Source: a virus
Lineage: Duplodnaviria > Caudoviricetes
Reading direction: 5' to 3' (one strand)
Virus record (IMG/VR): IMGVR_UViG_3300044796_000650
Span: 1 to 44,323 of that record
Length of the DNA stretch: 44,323 nucleotides
The notes under the pieces were generated by a model. The model did no database searches and was not told the DNA's origin. It saw nothing but the letters and a program-made list of their open reading frames with translations. This document shows, one piece after another, positions 28,043 through 36,376 of the stretch. The translations under genes were made by a program, and so were the position numbers. Position 1 is the first letter of the stretch, and every line of letters starts with the position of its first letter.

Positions 28043-28341
28043 GGCTTCTTGCGGGTTTTCTTGACGGCGTATTTCACGCCGAGGATTTTTTTCAGCGGCT
28101 CGCCGGCGGGTTGCGAATCGGACGTGCGTGATGCGGGCTCTATGACGGCGAACGCAGCCGGTTTCGTGTCCGCCAGGGCAAGGGCTGCACTGTCTGAGTA
28201 GCCCACCTCCTTCGCGAGGCAGTAGCGGTAGAAGCCCGATTTTGAGAGGCCGCGCCGCTTGGCCTCAAGCTGCGCTGCGTGCAGCAAGTCCTTCGGCGCA
28301 CTGAATGCGTCAACGGCCTGGTCTGATTTTCGAGCACCCAT
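28039..28341 (-). CDS. Ribbon-helix-helix protein, putative repressor
   Basis: AFSAPKDLLHAAQLEAKRRGLSKSGFYRYCL fits RHH (Arc/CopG) pattern; divergent from early arm. Confidence 0.65.
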   Translation of the reverse strand: MGARKSDQAVDAFSAPKDLLHAAQLEAKRRGLSKSGFYRYCLAKEVGYSDSAALALADTKPAAFAVIEPASRTSDSQPAGEPLKKILGVKYAVKKTRKKP

Positions 28342-28427
28342 GTATAAGCGGTTTATACTCCCGGAGGAATTTTCCTCAACTTTTTTCTTGCGTAGTGTTA
28401 TACACCGTTATATTGAATTATACGCCG
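28342..28427. promoter_or_regulatory. AT-rich divergent promoter/operator region
   Basis: GTATAA-N5-TTATAC (28342-28358), GAGGAA-TT-TTCCTC (28364-28377), TTATAY at 28398, 28408, 28418; TTGCGT -35-like at 28388. Confidence 0.7.
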
Positions 28428-28577
28428 ATGAAAACACCGAAGGAAAAGACAGAGCTTGCTGCATTCAAAATGCCGCGCGAACTGCGCGAGCAGGCGCGGG
28501 CGAAGGCGCGCGCCTCGGACCTCACATTTTCCCAGCTCATGCGCCGCGCCCTTAAGCGCGAACTGGAGGCCGCGTGA
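28428..28577 (+). CDS. Ribbon-helix-helix protein (Cro/Ner-equivalent position)
   Basis: 49 aa: AAFKMPRELREQARAKARASDLTFSQLMRRALKREL, typical RHH. Confidence 0.75.
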   Translation: MKTPKEKTELAAFKMPRELREQARAKARASDLTFSQLMRRALKRELEAA

Positions 28578-28676
28578 TGAATGCTACCGCATCAGCGCAT
28601 GAAGGACCAGCGCCGGAAGGCATGCCGGAGGGCAACGCAGGCCGCTGAATTTTTCAACCCTAACACCCAACATCCC

Positions 28677-28985
28677 ATGACCAACGCCACGAACCTCATC
28701 CACCGCCTCGCGGAACTCCGCGCGGGCGTGCTCTGCCGCATCCGCCTCAACTGGACGAAAACTGACAAATCGTTCCGTGCATTTTGGAACGCCGCCGATC
28801 ACTGCGAACACGTGAAGCTGCGCGCCTCGCTCGCCGCCATTGATTCCTGCGCGGACGCCGCGGAGGTGCTGCGCGAGGTACGCCATTCGACACGGCGGAT
28901 CTACCGCCGCCTGATCTCCCCCGGCGCGCGGGAGGAACTCACGATCGGCGGGACCGGTGAACGCGCCATGCAGCAAGCCGCCTGA
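28677..28985 (+). CDS. Hypothetical early protein
   Basis: ATG after A/C-rich leader; ORF open from 28581. Confidence 0.55.
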   Translation: MTNATNLIHRLAELRAGVLCRIRLNWTKTDKSFRAFWNAADHCEHVKLRASLAAIDSCADAAEVLREVRHSTRRIYRRLISPGAREELTIGGTGERAMQQAA

Positions 28986-28988
28986 CCC

Positions 28989-29516
28989 GTGCCCGCCTCC
29001 GCCTCCACGCAAATCCCGCCGCAGGTGAAGCAGGGCGATTTCCTCGCGCTGCTGTTCCGCCCGCTGCTCTCGCCGCAGGCGGCGGCATTCCTGCTGGAGT
29101 GCAGCGTGGACCACGTCGTGCGCATGGCGGATGCCAGCGAGGTCGTCGCGTGCAACGTGGCGCTGAAGATCGAGCGCGGCGACGAGGCGGTGGACGAACG
29201 CGCGCCCGAACGGATGATCCGCATCCTGCGCCCGAGCATCGAGCGGCTGGTGATTCCCGCCTACTCGAAGCAGGGCGGCAAGTGCCCCGAGCCCACCTTC
29301 GAGCAGGCGCTCGACAGCGTGCATCACCGCGCCACGTGGACGCGACGCGAGGTCACGCATTTCCTCGACTGCTCGGACGATCACGTGCGCCGCCTCACGG
29401 AGGCGAAGCTGCTCGGAGGCCCGCTCCTCACGCAGACCGGCAGCGGCCGTCTCCAGCACATCGCGCGCGCCTCGCTCGGCGAATTCCTCCGCGACCGCGA
29501 CCTCTCCCAAGCCTGA
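28989..29516 (+). CDS. Tandem excisionase-like HTH protein
   Basis: Two HTH_17-type repeats: LSPQAAAFLLECSVDHVVRM and WTRREVTHFLDCSDDHVRRL. Confidence 0.7.
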   Translation: MPASASTQIPPQVKQGDFLALLFRPLLSPQAAAFLLECSVDHVVRMADASEVVACNVALKIERGDEAVDERAPERMIRILRPSIERLVIPAYSKQGGKCPEPTFEQALDSVHHRATWTRREVTHFLDCSDDHVRRLTEAKLLGGPLLTQTGSGRLQHIARASLGEFLRDRDLSQA

Positions 29517-29529
29517 ACCCGCCACACCC

Positions 29530-29955
29530 ATGAACGCACCCATGAACGCACCCGGAAACATTGACGCACAGATCGAGTTGTCGCTTGTCCCCGCGCGCAA
29601 GCGCGGCCGCGTGACGCACGACATGGTCGAGGACTTCTGCGCGCTGCTGCGCTTCCGCGGCTGGCTGCGCGCGGAGGAAATCCTGCGCGAGCGCCCGCAG
29701 TGGCCCCAGGGCGACAATGGCAAGCGGCTCCTGAGCATCCTCGCCGGGGCCGCGAAGCTGCGCGTGATCAGCTATCCCGGCTCGCCCGGCTACCGGCTCA
29801 CCGCGGAGCTGAGCGACACGGACATCGAGCAGCTCGATCACGCGGGCAACGCGCTCATCCACCAGGGCCGCGACATGGCCCGCCGCGGCATCGCCTACAA
29901 GCGCCTCGCCGGAATCAAGCGCGCGGCCGTCGCGCAACGGGAGGGCGGGAACTGA
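29530..29955 (+). CDS. Hypothetical winged-helix-like protein
   Basis: GWLRAEEI...VISYPGSPGYRL pattern. Confidence 0.6.
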   Translation: MNAPMNAPGNIDAQIELSLVPARKRGRVTHDMVEDFCALLRFRGWLRAEEILRERPQWPQGDNGKRLLSILAGAAKLRVISYPGSPGYRLTAELSDTDIEQLDHAGNALIHQGRDMARRGIAYKRLAGIKRAAVAQREGGN

Positions 29956-29957
29956 TC

Positions 29958-30173
29958 ATGGGTGCCATGAGCGACATCGCGATGCTGGAGGCGGAATACG
30001 AGCGGGACATCCGCGCCCTGGAGCGCGCGTGCGAGGGTGGCGACGAACTTGCGATCGAGCATTGGGAGGACGTGGTGAACTGCTCGCGCCGCGCACTGCT
30101 CGAAGCGCGCGGGGAGGCGGACCCGCTCAACATTGACCGGGAACTCGGCGACTACCTCGCGGGAGAACACTGA
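29958..30173 (+). CDS. Small acidic hypothetical protein
   Basis: Fills gap in tightly packed operon. Confidence 0.55.
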   Translation: MGAMSDIAMLEAEYERDIRALERACEGGDELAIEHWEDVVNCSRRALLEARGEADPLNIDRELGDYLAGEH

Positions 30174-30178
30174 ATTTT

Positions 30179-30439
30179 ATGAGCACCCCGACCGCCGCAC
30201 ACATCACCGCCGAGGCGCTGGCCACGCCGCCGGCAAAGCCGCACCCGCGGCACTTCATGGAGGCCCTCCGAATCCTGCACGAGGAAAAGCTGATGACCTT
30301 CCCCGAGATCTCGGCGTGGTTCAAAAAGCGCGAACTGCCGTTCAGCCAGTCGGGCATCTGGGGCGCCTACCAGCAGCATCTCGGCGCGCAGGTGGATGCC
30401 CGCGCCGAGGCCGCGAAACAGAAAGCGGGAGCGCACTGA
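30179..30439 (+). CDS. Small HTH-like protein
   Basis: MTFPEISAWF...FSQSGIWGAY. Confidence 0.55.
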   Translation: MSTPTAAHITAEALATPPAKPHPRHFMEALRILHEEKLMTFPEISAWFKKRELPFSQSGIWGAYQQHLGAQVDARAEAAKQKAGAH

Positions 30440-30443
30440 ATTT

Positions 30444-31187
30444 ATGAAAGCAACAAAATTGACCCCGGAACAACGCGCGCCGCTCACGCTCTCATCGCTC
30501 GCCGTGCTGCCGCCCGTCGCGGGCAGCGAGGATGCGGAGATGGGGCGGCAACTCACCGAGCAATGGGAGCGCGTGAAGGCCAGCCGCCGCGAGGACCTCA
30601 TCTTCGGCGCGATGATGCTGAAGGTGCGGGAGCGAGTTGTGTCCGCGTGCGGACATAACTCCCGTCCACAGCGCGGACCCGGCAGTCAGGAAGGCAGTCT
30701 GAAAGATTGGATCGACAAGCACGCGCCGACCGTGTCGCGCAGCGTCGCGTATCGCCTGATGGAGATTGCCGAGGGCGTGCAGCAGGATTTCAAACTCGGC
30801 AAACTGGACCTGGCGCAACTGCTCATCGCGCAAGTGGAGGGCATGGATCCGCAGCTCGCGACAAAGCGCGCGCAGATCGAGGAAGTGATCGAAGGCAAAT
30901 CGCAGCGGCAGCTCCTGCTGGAATTCGGCAACGCCAAGCCGAAGGACCGCGGCGGCGCACGGACAACTTCGCCCGACAAGACCTACGACCCGAACGCGCC
31001 GATTGAGAATGCGCGCGACCTGCTGCTGCATCCGCTGCGCTCTGTCATGCTCCGCTGGCGCGAAAAGGAGGCGAAGCTCCCGCTGTGGGCGCACCTGCCG
31101 CCCGAGGAACTGCGCGAGATCGACGGCATCCTCCTCGACCTGCGCGCCGACCTCAAGGCGGCGCTGAAGACCGGCGAGGCGAAGTAA
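30444..31187 (+). CDS. DUF3102-like protein preceding transposase
   Basis: IFGAMMLKVRE...LKDWI...VSRSVAYRLMEIA pattern; synteny in Mu-like phages. Confidence 0.55.
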   Translation: MKATKLTPEQRAPLTLSSLAVLPPVAGSEDAEMGRQLTEQWERVKASRREDLIFGAMMLKVRERVVSACGHNSRPQRGPGSQEGSLKDWIDKHAPTVSRSVAYRLMEIAEGVQQDFKLGKLDLAQLLIAQVEGMDPQLATKRAQIEEVIEGKSQRQLLLEFGNAKPKDRGGARTTSPDKTYDPNAPIENARDLLLHPLRSVMLRWREKEAKLPLWAHLPPEELREIDGILLDLRADLKAALKTGEAK

Positions 31188-31199
31188 GGAATCCCCGTC

Positions 31200-33269
31200 A
31201 TGTCCATGATCCTCACCGTCCCCCACCACGATGTTCCCGAGTTTTCCGCGCTCCCGCTCGACGTGAAGATGGAGATCAAGGCGTGGCTGCGCGAGCTGGC
31301 CGTTGTCGCCCGCGCGTCGAACAAGCGGCAGGCTTTTGCGCGCGCCGCACACGTGCTGCATGCGAGCTGGCAGACGGTCCGGCGGAAGTATCACGCGATG
31401 CGCACCAGCGGCGACTGGCGGTGCCTCATCAATCGCGCGAAGGTGCGCGGCGAGGGCGAGCGCGTGCCGGATCCCATCGTCGAGGAATACGCGCGGCGCG
31501 CGGAGGGCAACCAGCGCAAGAGCCGGCCCGCGCACCGCGATCTGATGCGCGAGTGGCGCCGCGGCGAACTTTCGCACCTGCCCTGGCCGGAGCTGGACGA
31601 TCGCGGCCTACCTCGCGGGTGCAGCTACGACAACCTCATGCGCCGCCTGCGCGCGCGCGGCGGGCGTTCCTTCGAGCTGACCGCGATGCGCGACGGCCTC
31701 GGTGCGGCGCTCGGCGAGTTCGGCCCGAAGGTGCTCACCACGCGCGTCGGCCTGTGGGTGGGCAGCCACTACATTCCGGACGACGTGAAGCGCGACATCA
31801 AGGTGCTCATGCTGCGCGGGCAGGAGGCGTGCATCCAGGAACTCGGCGTGATGGACCTTTTCAGCGGCGACCGCTTCGCCGTGCATCGCCGCCCGCAGTT
31901 CGAGCGCGCGGACGGGACGAAGGACTCGCTGAAGGAACGCGAGATGCGCTTCCTCTTCGCGCACATCTTCCGCAACATCGGCTACTCGCCGCGCGGCACG
32001 GAGATTCCGGCGGAGAAGGGCACGGCGGCGGTGCGCAGGGCGCTCGCGAAATTCTTCCACGACCACAGCGGCGGAAAGATCACCGTGCGCGAGCCGGGCA
32101 TCATCGGCAGGGTGCAGGCCATCGCGGGATACTTTGGCCGCGGCGGCGGCAACCCGCGGCACAAGGCGCGGCTGGAGGCGCATCACAACCTGCTGCACAA
32201 CGAGGCCGCGCATCTGCCCGCACCGACCGGCCACGACCGCAACCCGCCCGAGTGGCTGCACGGCCTCCAGGCGATCACCGGCGACGTGATCAAGGAACTC
32301 GGACGCGACCCGAAGCGCGCGCAGCTCATGATCGCGCCGATGCTCGAGTACTGGCAGGCGTGCTCGCTGCTGCGGGAGATTGACGACCTCATCGCGTGGC
32401 GCACCGACCACGAGTTGGAAGGCTGGATCGAGTGCGGGCACACGCTCGTCGAGTGGCGTCGCGATGTGCTCGGCAACGAATGGCTGTCGCCCGAGCAGTT
32501 CCTCGCGCTGGACGCCGGGCAGCAGCAGATGCTCGTCACAGCCGCTTCGCTCATGCCCGCCCTGCGCCGGGCGCGGAAGCTCGCGCCGCGCGAAGTCTTC
32601 GGCGCGGGCATGAAGGAACTCGTGACGCTGCCGGATGCGGTGATCGCGCTCATGTTCTGCGACCGCGAACTCGGCGACGACCTGCGCCGCCCGAAGTCGC
32701 TGAACGCGGATGGCGACATCGAGATTCAGGATGGCGAGATTGCGCCCGACACGATGACCTTCGAGGGCACGCTGGCCGCGCCGGATGGTGGCAGCTACCG
32801 GCTCGCCGAGCGCACGAAGTATGGCGTGGTGGTGAGCCCATTCGAGGCCGGGGAAAAAACCGTGCTGTGGGTCTACGGGCCCCGCGGCGAATTTCTCGGC
32901 ACCGCCGCACGACGGATGCGCTCGAACCCCCACGACACCGCCGGCATCGAGCGCCAGCTCGGCCGCCGCGCGCACGAGATCAAGACGCTCCTCACGCCGC
33001 TCCAGGAACGCCACGCCGGAGCCGCCGCCGAGATCGAGGCCATCGCGGAGCACAACAGCCAGGTGCGCAAGGGCGGCCCTTCCGCGGAGGAACTGCGCGC
33101 TGCAAAGCGCGAGGAAGTGCGCATCGCCGCGGTGGATGGATCGCTTTCCGATTTCCTTGACGATGAACCGGCCAAGCCGGCGGACGCGCCCGCCGGTCCA
33201 TCCGGCTCGCTGCGCGACTTTCTCGACGACGAACCGGCGCTGCCGGCGGACGCGGAAGCGCAGCCCTGA
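31200..33269 (+). CDS. MuA-like DDE transposase
   Basis: 689 aa; HYIPDDVKRD, VMDLFSG, AEKGTA, GNPRHKARLEAHHN catalytic-region motifs; upstream of MuB-like ATPase. Confidence 0.85.
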   Translation: MSMILTVPHHDVPEFSALPLDVKMEIKAWLRELAVVARASNKRQAFARAAHVLHASWQTVRRKYHAMRTSGDWRCLINRAKVRGEGERVPDPIVEEYARRAEGNQRKSRPAHRDLMREWRRGELSHLPWPELDDRGLPRGCSYDNLMRRLRARGGRSFELTAMRDGLGAALGEFGPKVLTTRVGLWVGSHYIPDDVKRDIKVLMLRGQEACIQELGVMDLFSGDRFAVHRRPQFERADGTKDSLKEREMRFLFAHIFRNIGYSPRGTEIPAEKGTAAVRRALAKFFHDHSGGKITVREPGIIGRVQAIAGYFGRGGGNPRHKARLEAHHNLLHNEAAHLPAPTGHDRNPPEWLHGLQAITGDVIKELGRDPKRAQLMIAPMLEYWQACSLLREIDDLIAWRTDHELEGWIECGHTLVEWRRDVLGNEWLSPEQFLALDAGQQQMLVTAASLMPALRRARKLAPREVFGAGMKELVTLPDAVIALMFCDRELGDDLRRPKSLNADGDIEIQDGEIAPDTMTFEGTLAAPDGGSYRLAERTKYGVVVSPFEAGEKTVLWVYGPRGEFLGTAARRMRSNPHDTAGIERQLGRRAHEIKTLLTPLQERHAGAAAEIEAIAEHNSQVRKGGPSAEELRAAKREEVRIAAVDGSLSDFLDDEPAKPADAPAGPSGSLRDFLDDEPALPADAEAQP

Positions 33270-33302
33270 TCCCTCAACCCAAACACCCAAACCCAAACAC
33301 CC

Positions 33303-34469
33303 ATGATGCCACCAGCCGCACCCGCACCCACGCCCAAAGCGCCCGTCTCCATTCCCGTCGTGCCCCGCGATGACGAGCAGCTCGACTTCGCCGCGCTCAC
33401 CGGGACGATCACCATCACGCCCGCCAAACTGCGCGAGACCTACGCCGAGCACCTGGTCTCCGGCCTCGTGTCCGAGGATGAACTCGCCACCGTTCAGTGG
33501 CTCCTCACGCACGGCATTGACCTCAAGCTCTCCATCGCCGCGCTGGGCCGCACCTGCGGACTCGGCGAAGGCACGATGAGCAAGCTCGTGAACGGCCTCT
33601 ACGGCTCCGGCTCGCAGAAGGCCGGCACCTTCAAGCCCATCCCCATCACGGGCCTCTGCAAGACGGTCGAAGGCTACCGCGACCTCTACGAGCAGCGGCG
33701 CGCGATCAACAAGGCCGACTTCGTGGAGACGAGCATCTACCAGGAGATGAAGGCCGCGTGCGACACGGCGCTCGCCTACCAGACGATCTACCCCATCTAC
33801 GGCGATTCGCAGCTCGGCAAGACGACGGCGCTGGAGAAAATCCGCGACCGCGACAAATTCGGGCGCACCATCCTCGTGCCAATGCCGGCGATGGGGCACA
33901 TCGGCAAGTTCCTCATCGCGCTGAACAAGGCGCTCCGCGAAAGCACGAAGGCGCGCGGGGACCAGCTCTGGAACAGGCCGATGGAGGTCATCCGCAGTTC
34001 GCACCTGCTCATCATTGATGAAATCCACGAGACGACCGTGTCGCCGGGCCGCGGCGTCGCGCGGGTGAACACGCTCGAATACATCCGCCGCCTGTGGGAC
34101 GCGACGAAGTGCGGCCTCGTGCTGTGCGGAACGAACGTCTTCCGCGACGAGGTGGAGACCGGCACGCACGCCGCACTGCTGGAGCAACTGCGCCGCCGCG
34201 GCCTGCCTCCGCTGCAACTCCCGAGCGTGCTCCCGCAGGGCGACATGGACGCCATCGCGCGCGCCTACGGCCTGCCACCCGCGCCGGACGCCGTCCACGA
34301 GAAGCGCGAGGCGCTCGTGAAGACGACCGGCCTTCGCGCCTACGTGACGTTCCTGAAGATGGCCGCGAAGAAGGCCGACAAGGCGGACCGCAAGATCACC
34401 TGGGGAGACTTCATGTCCGCGCACGACATCACGAAAAAGCAGAGCCTGCCGGCGGGAGGTGCGAAGTGA
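33303..34469 (+). CDS. MuB-like AAA+ transposition ATPase
   Basis: N-terminal HTH; Walker A GDSQLGKT; Walker B LLIIDE; LEYIRRLWD, GLVLCG. Confidence 0.9.
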   Translation: MMPPAAPAPTPKAPVSIPVVPRDDEQLDFAALTGTITITPAKLRETYAEHLVSGLVSEDELATVQWLLTHGIDLKLSIAALGRTCGLGEGTMSKLVNGLYGSGSQKAGTFKPIPITGLCKTVEGYRDLYEQRRAINKADFVETSIYQEMKAACDTALAYQTIYPIYGDSQLGKTTALEKIRDRDKFGRTILVPMPAMGHIGKFLIALNKALRESTKARGDQLWNRPMEVIRSSHLLIIDEIHETTVSPGRGVARVNTLEYIRRLWDATKCGLVLCGTNVFRDEVETGTHAALLEQLRRRGLPPLQLPSVLPQGDMDAIARAYGLPPAPDAVHEKREALVKTTGLRAYVTFLKMAAKKADKADRKITWGDFMSAHDITKKQSLPAGGAK

Positions 34470-35179
34470 ACCGAGTGGAACGAGGTAGCTCGCCGCAGGC
34501 GACCCGCAGGGCAGCGCCGGAGGGCGCTGGCAACGCTGCGACCCGCAACCAGATCGAGATGCCGGACTCGTGGGAGGACTCGCTTGCGCCCGCGAAGTCG
34601 GACAAGCCGCGCTTTGCCCACGCTGCCGCGCTCGCGGTCGCGAAGGAACTGGTGGAGGTGATGCGTCCGCATTGCCGTCGCATCATCGTCGCCGGGTCGC
34701 TGCGGCGGCGGAAGCCGGATGTGGGGGATGTGGAGATTCTTTTCGTGCCGAGCGCCCGGCCCGAGCCGGTGGTGCGCGAGGACATGTTTGCCGAGCCGGA
34801 GTTCCTGCCCGCGACGGATGCGGTGATTGAATCCATGCTCGCGCGCGGGGTGATCGTGAAGCGCCCGAACATCATCGGCGGCACGTCGTGGGGCATGAAG
34901 AACAAGCTCGCGATCCACTGCGCGACCGGCATCCCGGTGGACCTCTTTGCGACGACGGACGCGGCGTGGTGGAACTACCTCGTGTGCCGCACGGGCGGCG
35001 CGGAGTCGAACGTGGCGGTCTGCCTGGCGGCTCAGCGCAAGGGGTGGAAGTGGAACCCGTATGACGAGGGATTCTCTGAGCGCAGCGGCCTCGCGAGGAA
35101 GGTGCATCCCGTGACGAGCGAGCGGGAGGTCTTTGAACTTGTCGGCCTCGAATACCGCGAGCCGTGGGAGCGCTTCTGA
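34466..35179 (+). CDS. Minimal X-family DNA polymerase/nucleotidyltransferase (palm+thumb)
   Basis: AGSLRR..PDVGDVEIL, VDLF, RTG, EREVFELVGLEYREPWER; GTG overlaps MuB stop (ATG 34559 alternative). Confidence 0.85.
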   Translation: MNRVERGSSPQATRRAAPEGAGNAATRNQIEMPDSWEDSLAPAKSDKPRFAHAAALAVAKELVEVMRPHCRRIIVAGSLRRRKPDVGDVEILFVPSARPEPVVREDMFAEPEFLPATDAVIESMLARGVIVKRPNIIGGTSWGMKNKLAIHCATGIPVDLFATTDAAWWNYLVCRTGGAESNVAVCLAAQRKGWKWNPYDEGFSERSGLARKVHPVTSEREVFELVGLEYREPWERF

Positions 35180-35212
35180 ACTTTTTCAACAACAACCCAG
35201 ACCCAAAAACAC

Positions 35213-35398
35213 ATGGCTAAGAAACTCGACCCACAAATCAAACAGGACCGCGCCGAATTGCGCGAGCGGCGGACGCAGTTGCGTTCGCTCGTGAACACTC
35301 ACAAGTCGGCGTTGAAGACGCTCGACAAGGCATACACCAAGGCCCGCGCCGAACTGGAGACGCGCATCAGCATCATCACCGGGAGGCTCGGCAAATGA
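35213..35398 (+). CDS. Small coiled-coil protein
   Basis: A/C-rich leader, 61 aa. Confidence 0.6.
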   Translation: MAKKLDPQIKQDRAELRERRTQLRSLVNTHKSALKTLDKAYTKARAELETRISIITGRLGK

Positions 35399-35901
35399 GG
35401 ACCAAAGCCGCCATCGCCGCCGATGTGGATGAGGGCCTGCGCCTCGTCCGCGAAATCTCCGCGCTGAAGGAAAAGCTGAAGCCCGTCGCGGCCCGGCTGA
35501 AGAAGGATGCCATCGCCGCGCCGCACGAGCACGAGCCGCTGAAGGACGCGGACCGCGAGGGAATGCAGTTCACCGCGCACGGATCGAACGGAGCCGCGCT
35601 GCGCATCGTCATCACCGCGGACAAGCTCGTGCTCACCTTCCCGGATGGCTCCGAGCTGCACCAGCGCATCGCGGAGGCCGCGGGCGAATCGTTCGGCCTC
35701 TTCTACCAGCCGCACACCGAATGGCAGGCGCTGGCGAAGGACGGCAAAGCCTTCCGCACCGCCGCCCGCGTGATCCTCGGCGACGACAAGGCCCCGGCCT
35801 TCATCGCCCAGGTGCGCGATCTCAAAAAGAGCGGCCTGCCGAAGAACGACGTGAAGCTCGAATGGCCCGGCGAAGGGGAAGAAGGCGAGGTGTCGGAGTG
35901 A
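35395..35901 (+). CDS. Hypothetical early protein (size/position reminiscent of Mu Gam, not confirmed)
   Basis: 168 aa, N-terminal coiled coil; ATGA overlap. Confidence 0.55.
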   Translation: MRTKAAIAADVDEGLRLVREISALKEKLKPVAARLKKDAIAAPHEHEPLKDADREGMQFTAHGSNGAALRIVITADKLVLTFPDGSELHQRIAEAAGESFGLFYQPHTEWQALAKDGKAFRTAARVILGDDKAPAFIAQVRDLKKSGLPKNDVKLEWPGEGEEGEVSE

Positions 35902-36143
35902 AAGCGGAAATCGAAGCCTTGCAGCGCGAGCTGCTCGCGGCGGTCGCTGACATCGGCGGCATGGCCACGAATCTCACCGAGGCCCGCGACTGGATGCAGG
36001 ACATGCACGCCGGTGAGGCGAAGCTGAGCCTGGAAGCCGTCTCTGCCGGTGCCGTGGATGCCACGGAACGCCTGCGCACCATCGCGCTGAAGTGCGAGGA
36101 ACTCTGCGCGGGCGCTGCCGCGAAGAAAGGGGCGGGAAAATGA
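35898..36143 (+). CDS. Small helical hypothetical protein
   Basis: GTGA overlap upstream, ATGA overlap downstream. Confidence 0.6.
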   Translation: MKAEIEALQRELLAAVADIGGMATNLTEARDWMQDMHAGEAKLSLEAVSAGAVDATERLRTIALKCEELCAGAAAKKGAGK

Positions 36144-36292
36144 GTGAGGCGACGACATGGCGGTTCTTCCGCGACGGGGAGCCTGCGCACATCGTCGAGG
36201 CCGGGCCGGTGATGCTGCTCACGCTGTGCGGGCTGTCGTTCAACGATTTAGCTGACCCAAGCGGTGGAGGCGTCGGCCAGAAAGCCCAGTGA
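36140..36292 (+). CDS. Small protein running into attC1
   Basis: MSEATTWRFF..H..TLCGLSFN then attC-encoded tail. Confidence 0.55.
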   Translation: MSEATTWRFFRDGEPAHIVEAGPVMLLTLCGLSFNDLADPSGGGVGQKAQ

Positions 36293-36359
36293 TCCACCAA
36301 ACAAACAACAGCGCCAAACTGAAACGCGGGACCGCTTTGGGTCCGGCGACTTGTTAGGC
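36238..36359 (-). other. attC1 recombination site
   Basis: Minus strand GCCTAAC-aagtc-GCCGGACC...GGTCAGC-taaatc-GTTGAAC, 122 bp. Confidence 0.85.
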
Positions 36360-36376
36360 CACAACGAGTAAAACAA

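Noticed and set aside
29529-29552. CATGAACGCACC duplication (MNAPMNAP)
   Set aside because: Simple start-region duplication
31608-34424. 938-aa minus ORF and other long antisense ORFs (e.g. 19767-21857, 17050-18960, 9145-11028)
   Set aside because: High-GC shadow frames opposite well-supported genes
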